A DNA stretch of 64,000 bases from Mytilus trossulus (taxonomy: Eukaryota), in contig NC_086378.1 of the NCBI RefSeq assembly GCF_036588685.1, forward strand, positions 17,670,001-17,734,000, written 5' to 3'. Below, in pieces: positions 26,299 through 37,170 of this stretch. Below the pieces are notes generated by a model that was not told the origin of the DNA, made no database searches, and was given only the letters and a program-made list of their open reading frames with translations. Position 1 is the first letter of the stretch; each line of letters starts with the position of its first letter. Both the position numbers and the translations under genes were made by a program.

Positions 26299-26576
26299 TT
26301 AAAAATGTTTAATCTTCATTGCGATAGATTTCATGCTACTGAATGAATTTGTCCATGGATACCAGAACATACTAGTTGTACTTGCATCATAAGGTCCAAC
26401 AATGTACCTTCCATTTGGGTTGACCTTGGTGCACCACCGCAATGGCAAACCCTGATACCACCATCCACCATTCGTATGGTCAGTACACTTTGCTGTGGGC
26501 ATGTCGTCATTGTCACGATCTTTGGTTGAAAATCGTTTATCGGTCAAATACTTTTCACTGCCCAACATTGCATCCC
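26299..26576 (-). CDS. FReD gene 1, exon 5 (fibrinogen domain C-terminus)
   Basis: GDAM...FSTKDRDND...C...GGWWY...C..VNPNG.Y...MKIKHF stop; aag acceptor, phase 1. Confidence 0.92.
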
Positions 26577-29043
26577 CTTAAATTCAAATTAAAAGAAAAA
26601 AAGTAATTAATGTCGGAACTCATAACCTCAGATTTTTTGCTAGAAAAAAAAGTAGAAGACACTCAAATTTAGGAAATTGATATTATATGTAAAAGGTCAA
26701 ATTTTATTTTGACAGAAATGAAAACACTTAGAAAACCTCAGATCAAAACATCTTTAAGATTCAGCGATATGAACTCAACAAAAAACTGAGAATTAATTAA
26801 AGTAACTCAAGTTTAGCTAGCCAAAGTGGTTCAAGGGTATTTTGCTTCAACTTTTGTTAATAATTCCCGCCATCTTACCAACAAGTCTGCAGCTACTGTG
26901 AATGATAAAGGAAACAGGAAAGTATCGGTGTTCGAAGGTCATAAATATATTGTTTTCCGGGTTACAAACTCAAACCGAGAGAAACACATCAACTATGAGA
27001 AGAAAACACACAAGCAACAGGAAAACTAAAGTGCAACACAAAAAAGAAATCTTTAACATACACAGAAACGAGTTTTGCTACCAACTGTTATAATCTTTAA
27101 AAAAAAAGTATTTTAATCTCCTATATTCTTGTATCAAAAAGTTACTATGTAGAACATGGGTCACGCATTGATTTAACGAGGATCATTTGCACATATTTCC
27201 TTTGAAAAAATAACCATTTTATACATTATTGATGTTTATCAAATAACCTCATCATAGAAGCCAGGATTAAAATTTTGTATTTGTGTCAGACGGGCGTCTC
27301 GTTTTAAAAAAAAAAACACGCATCAGTGACGATTGAATTGACAGCAATTAAAAAGGCTGAAAAGTTTTGCCTAATACAGCTAAGGTATCTATTCATGAGG
27401 AAGAAAAGCCTCATTCTTTCAAAAATTCAAAATTGTTTACACTGTTAATATCTAATTATGACCATATCAATGATATTTCATGTCAAGACAGACGTGCTGA
27501 CTTCTGGACTGTTCATAACCTTGGGAAATTAAAACTTCAGTAGTGGCATCCAACACATAACAATTAAGTTCATAGGATTTATTAACTTTTTTTTACAAAT
27601 ACACGTCATTCCAAAAATAGACATGCATTTAACATAACCAGTCCAATCCATAGTAATGAATAGAATTTATTAAGTACAATAGTTCAATCATTCTTAAACA
27701 AATATATGTATTCATTGTTAAGTACATTTTAATTTTCTAGCAGCTACAGATATGATTTCGTTGTTTTTTCTTAATACTACTATCCATAGAGTTATCAATG
27801 AATGAGCAGATAAATATGACATGAAGTTACCACGATTGCCATCAACTAGTTCATGTAGGCCGTACGCATTAATTTATCGGTAAAAAAATGTAAGATTCTG
27901 TTATTACATGAATGAACAAATACAACAGACACAAAACAGTAAGTCATTTCAATTATACCATTATTATAAACTATGGGTAATATTCGGAAACAAACTATTT
28001 ATGTCATGGATGGATACCCTATCCCTTTGTTTTTTCTATTATATGATAGACCACAATGTCCTACGCATACCAATATTACATCAACATTAGTAAATTTTTG
28101 CCGCTGATCAGTCTTTCTCCATTACATAAACTTAATATAAACAAAATCTTCTTCTAAGTATTATTTTACTTATTTGTAATTTTCATTGGAAGCAGCAGAA
28201 AGATTGAGAAAAATACAATATGGACCTGTTTAAAAATTGGTTATCACCGTTAGTCGTTCAAATAAACTGTTTTGGTGTGCCCCATTGGTCATGGAATAGA
28301 TTAAGCGTGATATTCAATCAACATTGAATTAAAAGTACACATATTAGTTTTGTCTGAATATATAAGCAATCTTTATGAAACTAATGAGGCCACTTATTAG
28401 CAAATATGTCGCACTGAATCATGTAAACAACACATATTGTTGCAATCAGAGTAATTGTATTTTCGGTACCAGGGTCCTGGGTCAAAAACTTTACTCAGTA
28501 TTCGGAACAACCAATTGTTGCTCGAAAAACATAAACAATAATTTTCAAGACATGATGCACATTTAAATATATAATGATGGAATGAACTCGGACTTGGATT
28601 TAACAGAGCTTTACTGTGCGTATTGCTGTGTGTTTGTTTTTATACATTGGCTACACATATAGGAGTGGTTTGAGATCTCACAAAACATGTTTAACCCGGT
28701 GATATTTTTTTTTTTTTTTTTGCGAATGTCCAAAGTCAGAAGCTATTGTAAGTCTTGTTTGATATCTAATTTTACGCCATTTCTAAATTTATTATGACTT
28801 CGATTATCACTGAAATAGTACATATTTTTGTTTATGTCCTAGCTTAAGCACGCCTCAGGATACGGAATTTTCTCGCTGTGTTAAAGACCCTTTGGTGAAT
28901 TTTTGCTGTTTTTCTGCTTTTTGGTCGAGTTGTTGTCTCTTAGACACATTCCCTATTTCCATTTTTAATTTTAGGAATACATTTTTTGGTCAAGCATCCT
29001 TATAGTGTCCAAACTGTATTGTATGACTTTAATGTACGCTTAC

Positions 29044-29208
29044 CAGCATTCCCAGTGTACCCATCTAACGTTATTTCATAACCTTTAGACTCATCTGCCA
29101 GTTTGAATATCTTGTACTGAGCATAACGCCATTCTCCAGACCAATCTTGTACGTCGAATCTCAAACTATACGACTTTCCATTTAAGATGTTAAAGATGTT
29201 GTCGTTAC
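29044..29208 (-). CDS. FReD gene 1, exon 4
   Basis: 165 nt, AG/GT bounded; GNDNIFNILNGKSYSLRFDVQDWSGEWRYAQYKIFKLADESKGYEITLDGYTGNA. Confidence 0.92.
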
Positions 29209-29911
29209 CTTCAAAAATAAAGAGAGTCTTTTCAAGATTTTTGTTTTGCTTATTTCAAGGAATCATTTTGTCTTCTTACACTGTGAAATTGAATATAATC
29301 AATGAGAAAAAATAGTAATCAACTTATTTTTCATGCCCACATCTGTCAGCCAGAAGGTGAGATGAAACTTTATTCATACTTGTGTTTTACTTATTTTCTC
29401 TCAGTGCTTTAAACTGTAATATTTTGAATCTTAGGATAACATTCGGATTGCCTTTAAAAGTAATGATAATTTCTTTATTGTCCAAGAATTTAACTGTTGA
29501 TGTAACACGTCTTCTGATTGGCTTACGTCGTTTTGTTTATGAGCCCTAAGACATGATTTTGTGATGTGCCGTGACGTCATCAACATTTGTTCATGATTTA
29601 CTCTGGTATAAAATCGAATACGAATTAAATTATACGAAAGGATTGTGATATTTTTATGTGCCTATTCGAGATAACACAAAAAATATTGTGCACACTTTAA
29701 ATAACCCGTTTTACCATTACGTTGTGCTCGATTCATATCTTGCTAAGCAAAGTCTGTTCACCAAAGAGCTTACGTGATGATATTTTCATTATGATGGTTC
29801 CAACAATCAAATTAAATTCAACCCGGTTTCGTTTTTTCTTATCGATTTATGAATTTTGAACAGCGGTATACTACTGATGCCTTTATTTTTCATGCAAAAT
29901 TCAACCAATTA

Positions 29912-30073
<162 letters not shown>

Positions 30074-30244
30074 CTATAACATATATGTAGAATCGTTGCA
30101 TATTTTTCAAAATTATTTAAAGTAACCATTTTATATAAAGGAACCATTTTATATAAAAGATTCCACTTGTATGTTTTGTCTATCTGATGAGTTAAGCCTT
30201 TTTCAACTGATTTTTATAGCTTGTTCTTATGTTGTACTGTTATA

Positions 30245-30350
30245 CCACTGTCCCAGGTTAGGGGAGGGTTGGGATCCCGTTAACACGTTTAACCCCGCCA
30301 CATTATTTATGTATGTGCCTGTCCCAAGTCAGGAGCCTGTAATTCAGTGG
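30245..30350 (+). ncRNA. Twister ribozyme, type P5 (subfamily 1, core intact)
   Basis: CCACTG..AGGTT a GGG-GA-GGG ... T^AA-CCC-CGCC-[ACAT..ATGT]-G-CCTG-TCCC-AAGT-CAGG-AGCCT..CAGTGG; predicted cut 30290/30291. Confidence 0.8.
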
Positions 30351-32493
30351 TTGTCGTTTGTTAATGTGTAACATATTTGTTTTCGTTCATTTTTTTTACT
30401 TAAATAAGGCCGTTAGTTTTATCGTTTGAATTGTCTTACATTGTCTTATCGGGGCCTTTTATAGCTGACTATGCGGTATGTGCTTTGTTCATTGTTGAAG
30501 GCCGTACGGTGGCCTATAGTAGTTAATGTTTGTGTCATTTTTGTCTTTTGTGGATAGTTGTCTCATTGGCAATCATACCACATCTTCTTTTTTAAATTGT
30601 ATCAAATTTGTGTGCACACTGACGTTTTTGTGAAAACATTTAACAACAACTTTTGAGTTATTTCTCATTCAAAACACTGGAAAAGAAGTATTTTTATAGT
30701 TTAAGTTGTTACATCGCAGTACATGTTCGTAATATTTTAATCCATCGAAACAATATTATTTCCACTTTGCACGTGTTACTTTTTTAAATGACATTTTTAA
30801 TTTATGGACAAAGTATAAGAAAAGAGCAACTTTTTTTACTAAGTTCAAGCAAATGTGTCGAACTATTAAAAAACTATAAAGTGCGACTGACTTTTACAAA
30901 GCTATTTCAATATAAAATTACAAAAGTACTTAAAGTGGCTGGGGCGTCTTAATTAAAACTGACAGAATGTTTTGATAACTTGTCAAAATGAAGCTTTATC
31001 ATGCTTTTTTTCAAAACTGTATTAAAAAGTATGGGTCATAGGACTTTTTTTCACGGTATAGGTTGCGCAAAATTGTCAGATTTTGTATAGATTATTCATG
31101 TAAAATCAAATTGTGTGTGATAAAACGAAAACGTACTATAAGAACTTTAAGATGAAATGTGAGAATATTGCTCTTATAACATGCTTTCAGACAAGCAAAA
31201 GAAAAGATGGGGTCCCTGAATTTGTTTTCTGGCTTCATATCGAAATATCTGCTTATCTAAAATCCAAGATGAAGGAAGACACCCGAGCCTCCTTAAGTCA
31301 GAGGAAAATTCAAAACGGAATGTCCGTAATCAAATGGCAAAATCAAAAGCTCAAACACATCAAACGAATAGAAAACAACTGTCATATTCCTGACATGGAA
31401 ATTATAACTGTAAAATGATTGATTAAATAGAGAAACAAGAGATCGAAGCTATGAGCGCAAATCACGGCCGTCGCTTTTTCAATTGACTGAGTCAGACTTG
31501 GTGAACATTCTTTTGTAACGTTGAATGATCACATCGTACTTTTTCGAGATATTTAAACTGTGGGGTCGACAAAAAATCTAAACCATAATCAAATAACATG
31601 AATACATGTATAAGCAGACGACTAAACCTTGAGTTTTTTAATGATGAATACTTAAACATTATGTTTTTCATTTAATGCACATGCTCAAATAACACAATAT
31701 TCGCATACCAGTACCAAAATACAGAAATACTGAGTTTATATGTTGTGTTGACTATCATATCATTTATGTGTGCGTGTATCTATGGTGATTGTTCTTGTGT
31801 GTGTTTGTGCTGTTTTTGGTCAAGTTGTGTAGTCTTTCAGAGATATTTTAGATATTGTCATCAAGCGGGGAGATTGCCTATTCGTTATTCAAAGTTTTAA
31901 CTCACCATGTTGTCCTTAAAATGTCATGCAACAAGTCAGGAGTATGACAGTTGTGATCCAATAGTTCGTTTCAATAAGTATTCTCTTGTTTCTTTTACGT
32001 TTTTTCTCACTTAAGAGTCCCTATTGTTCATTGTTTTCCTATTATAGTTGATGTGTTTTAGTTTGTTCAGTAAAGTTTATGCAGGTGCATGAGAAGAAAG
32101 GTATTCTACATTAAATTCAACACACAAAATTTATCATCTGCTAGTTATTTGTTTTATTTGATATATTCATTTAGAATCTTAGGCGACAACCCCCCCCCCC
32201 CCCCCCCCCCATTCTAAAATGTCAGCAACAAGTACGATGCGATAACTCAGCTTTTCATAGCGTACACCTCATTTGACCCAGTTCGTTGCTATAATCTGTA
32301 CTCGTCAAGAAATTGTCTCGTCCAAACTGTTTGAAAATGATTAAAATTCATTCCAGACAAAGGAAACATCTAACCATCTAGCAATACCTTATTGAATTCA
32401 AAAGTAAATTTAGATTTGTACTTTCACAAGTTATGATTCAAATAATTTCTGAGTATTTGAAACTCCGGTACTTAAATATAGACTTAGAAATAC

Positions 32494-32612
32494 CGTCCAT
32501 CCGTCTGCTACCATATCACAATAAACATATATATAGCTGTTGTTGACAAACATCCTGTATACCCCGTTGGTGCTTCCTTGAGGATTTTCGGAGCAGTCAG
32601 TCGGTCCATGAC
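32494..32612 (-). CDS. FReD gene 1, exon 2 (start of the fibrinogen domain)
   Basis: 119 nt; PTDCSE....NGVYRM......VYCDMVADGWT; phases fit exons 1 and 3. Confidence 0.9.
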
Positions 32613-33190
32613 CTATAATTTAAAAAATAAGATTCCTGCGTATAGAGAATATTGTGTATTTAGCATCAGTATGGCTCCTCAAACCGTGCTGTATATCGTG
32701 ATTATGAGAGCCAGGACAACAGTTTTCCGAACAATTCTTAAAAAAACCAGATATAAAATCCGTATAATGAGGATCCCGCTAACATATTTAACCCCGCCAC
32801 ATTATTTATGTATGTGCCTGTCCCAAGTCAGGAGCCTGTAAATTCAGTGGTTGTCGTTTGTTTATGTGTAACATATTTTTTCTCGTTCACTTTTTTACAA
32901 AAATAAGGCCGTTAGTGTTCTTGTTTGAATTGTTTTACAATTTCTTATAGGTGCCTTGTTTTTCTGATTATGTGGTATGGTTTTTGCTCATTGTTGAAGG
33001 CCGTACGATGACCTATAATTGTTAATGTCTGTGTTATTTTGGTCTTTTGTGGATAGTTGTCTCATAAGCAATCATACCACATCTTTTTTTTATATTATAA
33101 AGAAATTGTGTACCCGTTTGATATTAAGACTGAATTAAATTTCTCAATAAATCATTTACAGGTATGTTAAATGTATTAAGTCTTACTTAC

Positions 33191-33497
33191 TTATTATAGC
33201 GATTATTCCAGTTTGTAATTTTTCTGTTTTTGGTTTGCTGTCAGAATCCATTTTACATAATTTTGTGATACGATCATAGCTTGCGATCACGCAATCTCTG
33301 GTGTTTTTACACATAATGGTGCATTCTATAACAGAGTCTGAGTTGGTTGTTATTGTTGAATGACTTGAAACAATGATTATTTCCGCTTGTATTTTGAATT
33401 TCATATGATTCTTATTATCAGATAATCCATTGCAAATTGGGTTTATTACAATTACATAATAGATAATTGTGTTGAGAAATAAGTAGCCCTTATCCAT
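33191..33497 (-). CDS. FReD gene 1, exon 1: signal peptide plus PAN/Apple-like domain
   Basis: Hydrophobic N-terminus; SVIECTIMC.....C..ASYD....LC cysteine pattern; gtaagt donor; the five exons sum to 966 nt (321 aa plus stop). Confidence 0.8.
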
Positions 33498-34988
33498 CAG
33501 TGCTCAAAACTGACTTCTAAATATGTATCGGTTCATAACACTATCTTATAGTTAAGACAGAATCATATATTAAAACGTCGAAGGGATTGATGCAAAGTAT
33601 CAGTGACGGTGTAATACCTATATATAGTTTCCAATATTTTCAGATTGGAAGTAGAAAGTATCGATTTCATCTAAATTATTGCATATTTTTTAATAGGCCC
33701 TTCTTAAAGATGTTTTTTACATAGTTGTTTTATTCTTATTTATTTGGTTTTCACAATACTTCATTATTGGCGAGTTAATATATAAATTTTTTTAGTATGA
33801 TTGATAATGAGACAGCTGTTGACCATAGACGTACAAGATATCAACAATGTGTGTTTTTACTTTCCTGCAACAAAGATATGTAGAATTGTTTTGTCCTTAC
33901 GTCCATTAGAAACAGGTCCGAAATGACAAATTAAAAAATATCTGAAGGAACAATGTATGTACAAAACAATTAACGAAAAACGAAAATGTTAAACAGTAAC
34001 TAATGACAACAATTGTAATACAAGCTTCTGACAAGTGTTAGGCACATACAGAATGTGGCGTGATCACACACGTTTGCAACCCTTCTACTATCATGGGATA
34101 GTAGCTTAACTTCACAACATAAGAACAAACTATACAACAAAAAACATGATATAAACGGCTTAATTATTTTAACAGATCGATACAAAGATCAAAAACACAA
34201 AAAACATATTACAAGTTTGAGATTGCTCGCAGTAACTAGTAGATAGTTCAAAGCCATTAAGTTCTTTTCCTCCAGTTAAAACGAACATAAAGCATTTCTT
34301 TTTTATACAAGACATAAACAACATATTTTCTAAAAGATGTAGTTTTTGCAGCATCCGGTCGTTACATAATACATTCGGAACGTAATAACAACATGTGAAC
34401 GTGTTACGCAAAAACACGTTCTTATCACATTCTCTAAACTAGAAGTAAGACGACCAACAGCCTGCGCAATCTACAAAGTATAGTAAGAAAAATAGGAACA
34501 ATTCACAACTACATGTAAATGAATTAAAAAAAAAATACTGTAACTTGGGACAGTGTATTTGTGAATCTATTGAAATGTACAATTCATCAAGAAAAATCTT
34601 ATACGTGTGAAAGACAGTACCTGTACAACAAAACTGTTTTTGAAGAAAAGAAAGTAAAAGTAAACAGATCTCAACAGCAATAGAATTAAGCGAATACACT
34701 GATTGAATGCAAACTGTCGAATGATTTAAGTTCCCGCTGTCGTTGTTCCCCTCTTATATTTAATGCGTTGTCCTCGATTTTGGTTTGTTGCCCCGATTTT
34801 GTATTTTGTCCATGAATATATGAGTTTTGAACAGAGTTTTGAACAGTGGTATACTACTGTTGCCTTTATTTAGTATACACGGGTGAATCCATCCGTGCAA
34901 TTTACTACGCATTACGGTATTCGTTTAGCATTAAAACGAAAAGAAATTTATATAACTTCTTTTACAAAAATGATGTATATGAGACTAC

Positions 34989-35153
34989 TGTGGGGACGAT
35001 ATCTGATAATATAACTCTGATAAAATACACAACAGCTTTGTAGTTTGACGTTTACTAGTTACTAACCAAATATATGGAGACGTCGCCGTGTGACGTCGCC
35101 CTTAGATACAATGTGACTTCCGATACGTTGCCGGTCCCGCGGTCTTCTCGACA
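34989..35153 (-). repeat. 3' LTR
   Basis: Identical to 37006-37170; preceded on the minus strand by taggccccgagaa. Confidence 0.95.
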
Positions 35154-35404
35154 TTCTCGGGGCCTAAAAAAAAATTACTTTACGTAGAAAAGAAAATTGA
35201 AATACAATATATAAATTACATTAAGATTAAAGTCTCTCAAATGAAAAAATCACTGTTCTTTGAATTTCACAGATGAACTAACGTAGTTCATAAAACAAAA
35301 TCGCATAACTTTAATAGTTCATCATAATTGCGTAACACATTTCTAAACAAATATGCTCGGTCATACTTTACTCCGAAAGTCCATAAAAATATTTAATGTT
35401 CTAT

Positions 35405-36799
35405 TTAATCGTTGTTGTGTTTCCATGGTAACTTTGTATAATCTTCGTCGTCGCGAAACTCTATATAGCTCTCTTTTCCGTGTACTCCTGGAGATTCTAT
35501 TCCTGTAGCTTCAATCTTCCTAAACGCTTCTAAGTCGTGTTCTTCTGTTTTATGTGAAATAAGAACATTGAAAATGCTTGACGCTGTTGATAAGTGTGGT
35601 TTTTCTAACGGTCCAGAAAGTAAGTACCCTAATTTCGATTTGACTGCGGTGGGTCCGTTTCCGCGTACAACTTTATCTTCAATTATTTCCCAATAAAAAT
35701 CGGCTCCAATTAATAGTGAAATTTCGAATGAATCCTGTTGCGTAACTGGATGTGCGAGCTTTAGTCCTTGCAAATAGTTATTATTCCTGTCAATGTAACG
35801 AATGTGGTTCTGTAACGGCGTAGCTATCATTTGAACGATTAATGCATATATAGGTATTTTATGTCCAGTTTCAGTTTCAACATAAACTGTGGCTTTATCG
35901 AGTCGCCTAGCATTAGTGTTGGTTTCTCCAAATGATGAGAGTTGAATCTTTTCGGCTCCTTCTCTCTGCAGGTTTAATTTTCGCGCAAGACTCTCCGTTA
36001 CAAAAGACCTTTGAGCGCCTTCATCAAACAAAATATTCGTATCTGTGCAATTATGATCTGACCAAACGGGGGCCACAGCAGTTTTCAACAATACTTTTGA
36101 GTGAGTTTGTGCTGACGAGTGTAATACTGTTGAGTCTTCTTGTATCTCGGTATCCTTCACAAGATTAACTACAGTCGGTGTAGATGTCGTACTTTCGTTC
36201 GTACAACTGTGAGCGGAATCTTTCGTGTCAGTGAAACGGTTTTCACTTCTCTGGTCGGGGTTCGCGGTTTGTCCAACTTCATTACATAAACTAGTGTGGT
36301 GTCGTTTACCACAGTTACGACATGAGCTTTTCGTTTTGCATTCCTTTATGTGATGTGTACCGAGGCAGTTGAAGCATAAATTGTTACGTTTAACAATAGC
36401 GATGCGTTCATCTAAATCGCGTACTTTCTGGCAGTTGGCAGGCGAATGAATGTCTTTGCAGAAAATGCACGGCTTTTCTGTTAAATGCTGATTCATATTT
36501 CTAGTACTTGCGTTGTGTTTTCTTTGTGTGTTAGCACCGGCGAAAAGGGTAGTATACGAAATATCACTTTCCGTCTGTGTAACTTGTCCGGCTTCCATGA
36601 TTTGTATCTCTTTATGTATACTTTTTCGAAGATCTGGTAATAACCAATTTGTCGTACCATGCTCCCGAGCGAGATGCTTTCTGATTTCTCCGGGTAGTTT
36701 GTTGATTATAATCGGAACTAATAAATTACCGTATGAGTCCTGTGTCTGTCCTAGCGATTCAAGTCCTCTAACTAAACTCTCCATTTTGTCATAAAACAT
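35405..36799 (-). CDS. BEL/Pao Gag C-terminal half, three Zn knuckles and aspartic protease, truncated before RT
   Basis: CIFCKDIH...C, CFNCLGTH...C, CRNCGKRHHTSLC; LFDEGAQRSF; ISLLIGAD; S.LGYLLSGP. Confidence 0.9.
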   Translation of the reverse strand: MFYDKMESLVRGLESLGQTQDSYGNLLVPIIINKLPGEIRKHLAREHGTTNWLLPDLRKSIHKEIQIMEAGQVTQTESDISYTTLFAGANTQRKHNASTRNMNQHLTEKPCIFCKDIHSPANCQKVRDLDERIAIVKRNNLCFNCLGTHHIKECKTKSSCRNCGKRHHTSLCNEVGQTANPDQRSENRFTDTKDSAHSCTNESTTSTPTVVNLVKDTEIQEDSTVLHSSAQTHSKVLLKTAVAPVWSDHNCTDTNILFDEGAQRSFVTESLARKLNLQREGAEKIQLSSFGETNTNARRLDKATVYVETETGHKIPIYALIVQMIATPLQNHIRYIDRNNNYLQGLKLAHPVTQQDSFEISLLIGADFYWEIIEDKVVRGNGPTAVKSKLGYLLSGPLEKPHLSTASSIFNVLISHKTEEHDLEAFRKIEATGIESPGVHGKESYIEFRDDEDYTKLPWKHNND

Positions 36800-36987
36800 G
36801 ATGCGTTCTCATTTTTTTCATTCAGTGTGTCGAGTAACTTCTTCTTCTGTTGTAGATTTTCGTATGTGGCTAACAACTCCTCTCGGTCGAATTCAGAACT
36901 TTCTTTTGCGTCGGCAAATTTTCGTAAAAGTCTGGTAACGGCACTACGATTGGCCGTTCTTCTTGATTTCAGCTTTGGTAGCTCCAT
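36772..36987 (-). CDS. BEL/Pao Gag N-terminal fragment, out of frame with the rest because of an internal deletion
   Basis: ATG 1 nt after the PBS; LKSRRTANRSAVTRLL helical Gag start. Confidence 0.7.
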   Translation of the reverse strand: MELPKLKSRRTANRSAVTRLLRKFADAKESSEFDREELLATYENLQQKKKLLDTLNEKNENASCFMTKWRV

Positions 36988-36988
36988 T

Positions 36989-37001
36989 AGTCACGGCACC
37001 A
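36989..37001 (-). promoter_or_regulatory. Primer-binding site complementary to the tRNA-His 3' end
   Basis: TGGTGCCGTGACT, 4 nt inside the 5' LTR, complements ...AGTCACGGCA-CCA of animal tRNA-His. Confidence 0.8.
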
Positions 37002-37005
37002 TAAA

Positions 37006-37170
37006 TGTGGGGACGATATCTGATAATATAACTCTGATAAAATACACAACAGCTTTGTAGTTTGACGTTTACTAGTTACTAACCAAATATATGGAGACGT
37101 CGCCGTGTGACGTCGCCCTTAGATACAATGTGACTTCCGATACGTTGCCGGTCCCGCGGTCTTCTCGACA
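37006..37170 (-). repeat. 5' LTR
   Basis: Identical to 34989-35153; followed by the PBS. Confidence 0.95.

Larger units (their letters stand above)
34989..37170 (-). mobile_element. Internally deleted BEL/Pao LTR retrotransposon (2182 bp)
   Basis: Identical 165-bp TG...CA LTRs, ACTAC TSD at 34984-34988 and 37171-37175, PBS, gag and protease only. Confidence 0.95.

Noticed and set aside
31865-31945. Further twister-like remnants (also about 28650, 34020, 39450, 40650 and 52545)
   Set aside because: Too decayed to call as ribozymes; only parts such as TAA...AAGTCAGG remain
36805-36822. A-AAA-AAT slippery heptamer between the two BEL gag ORFs (programmed -1 frameshift)
   Set aside because: The -1 frame meets TGA immediately; the junction is better explained as a deletion scar
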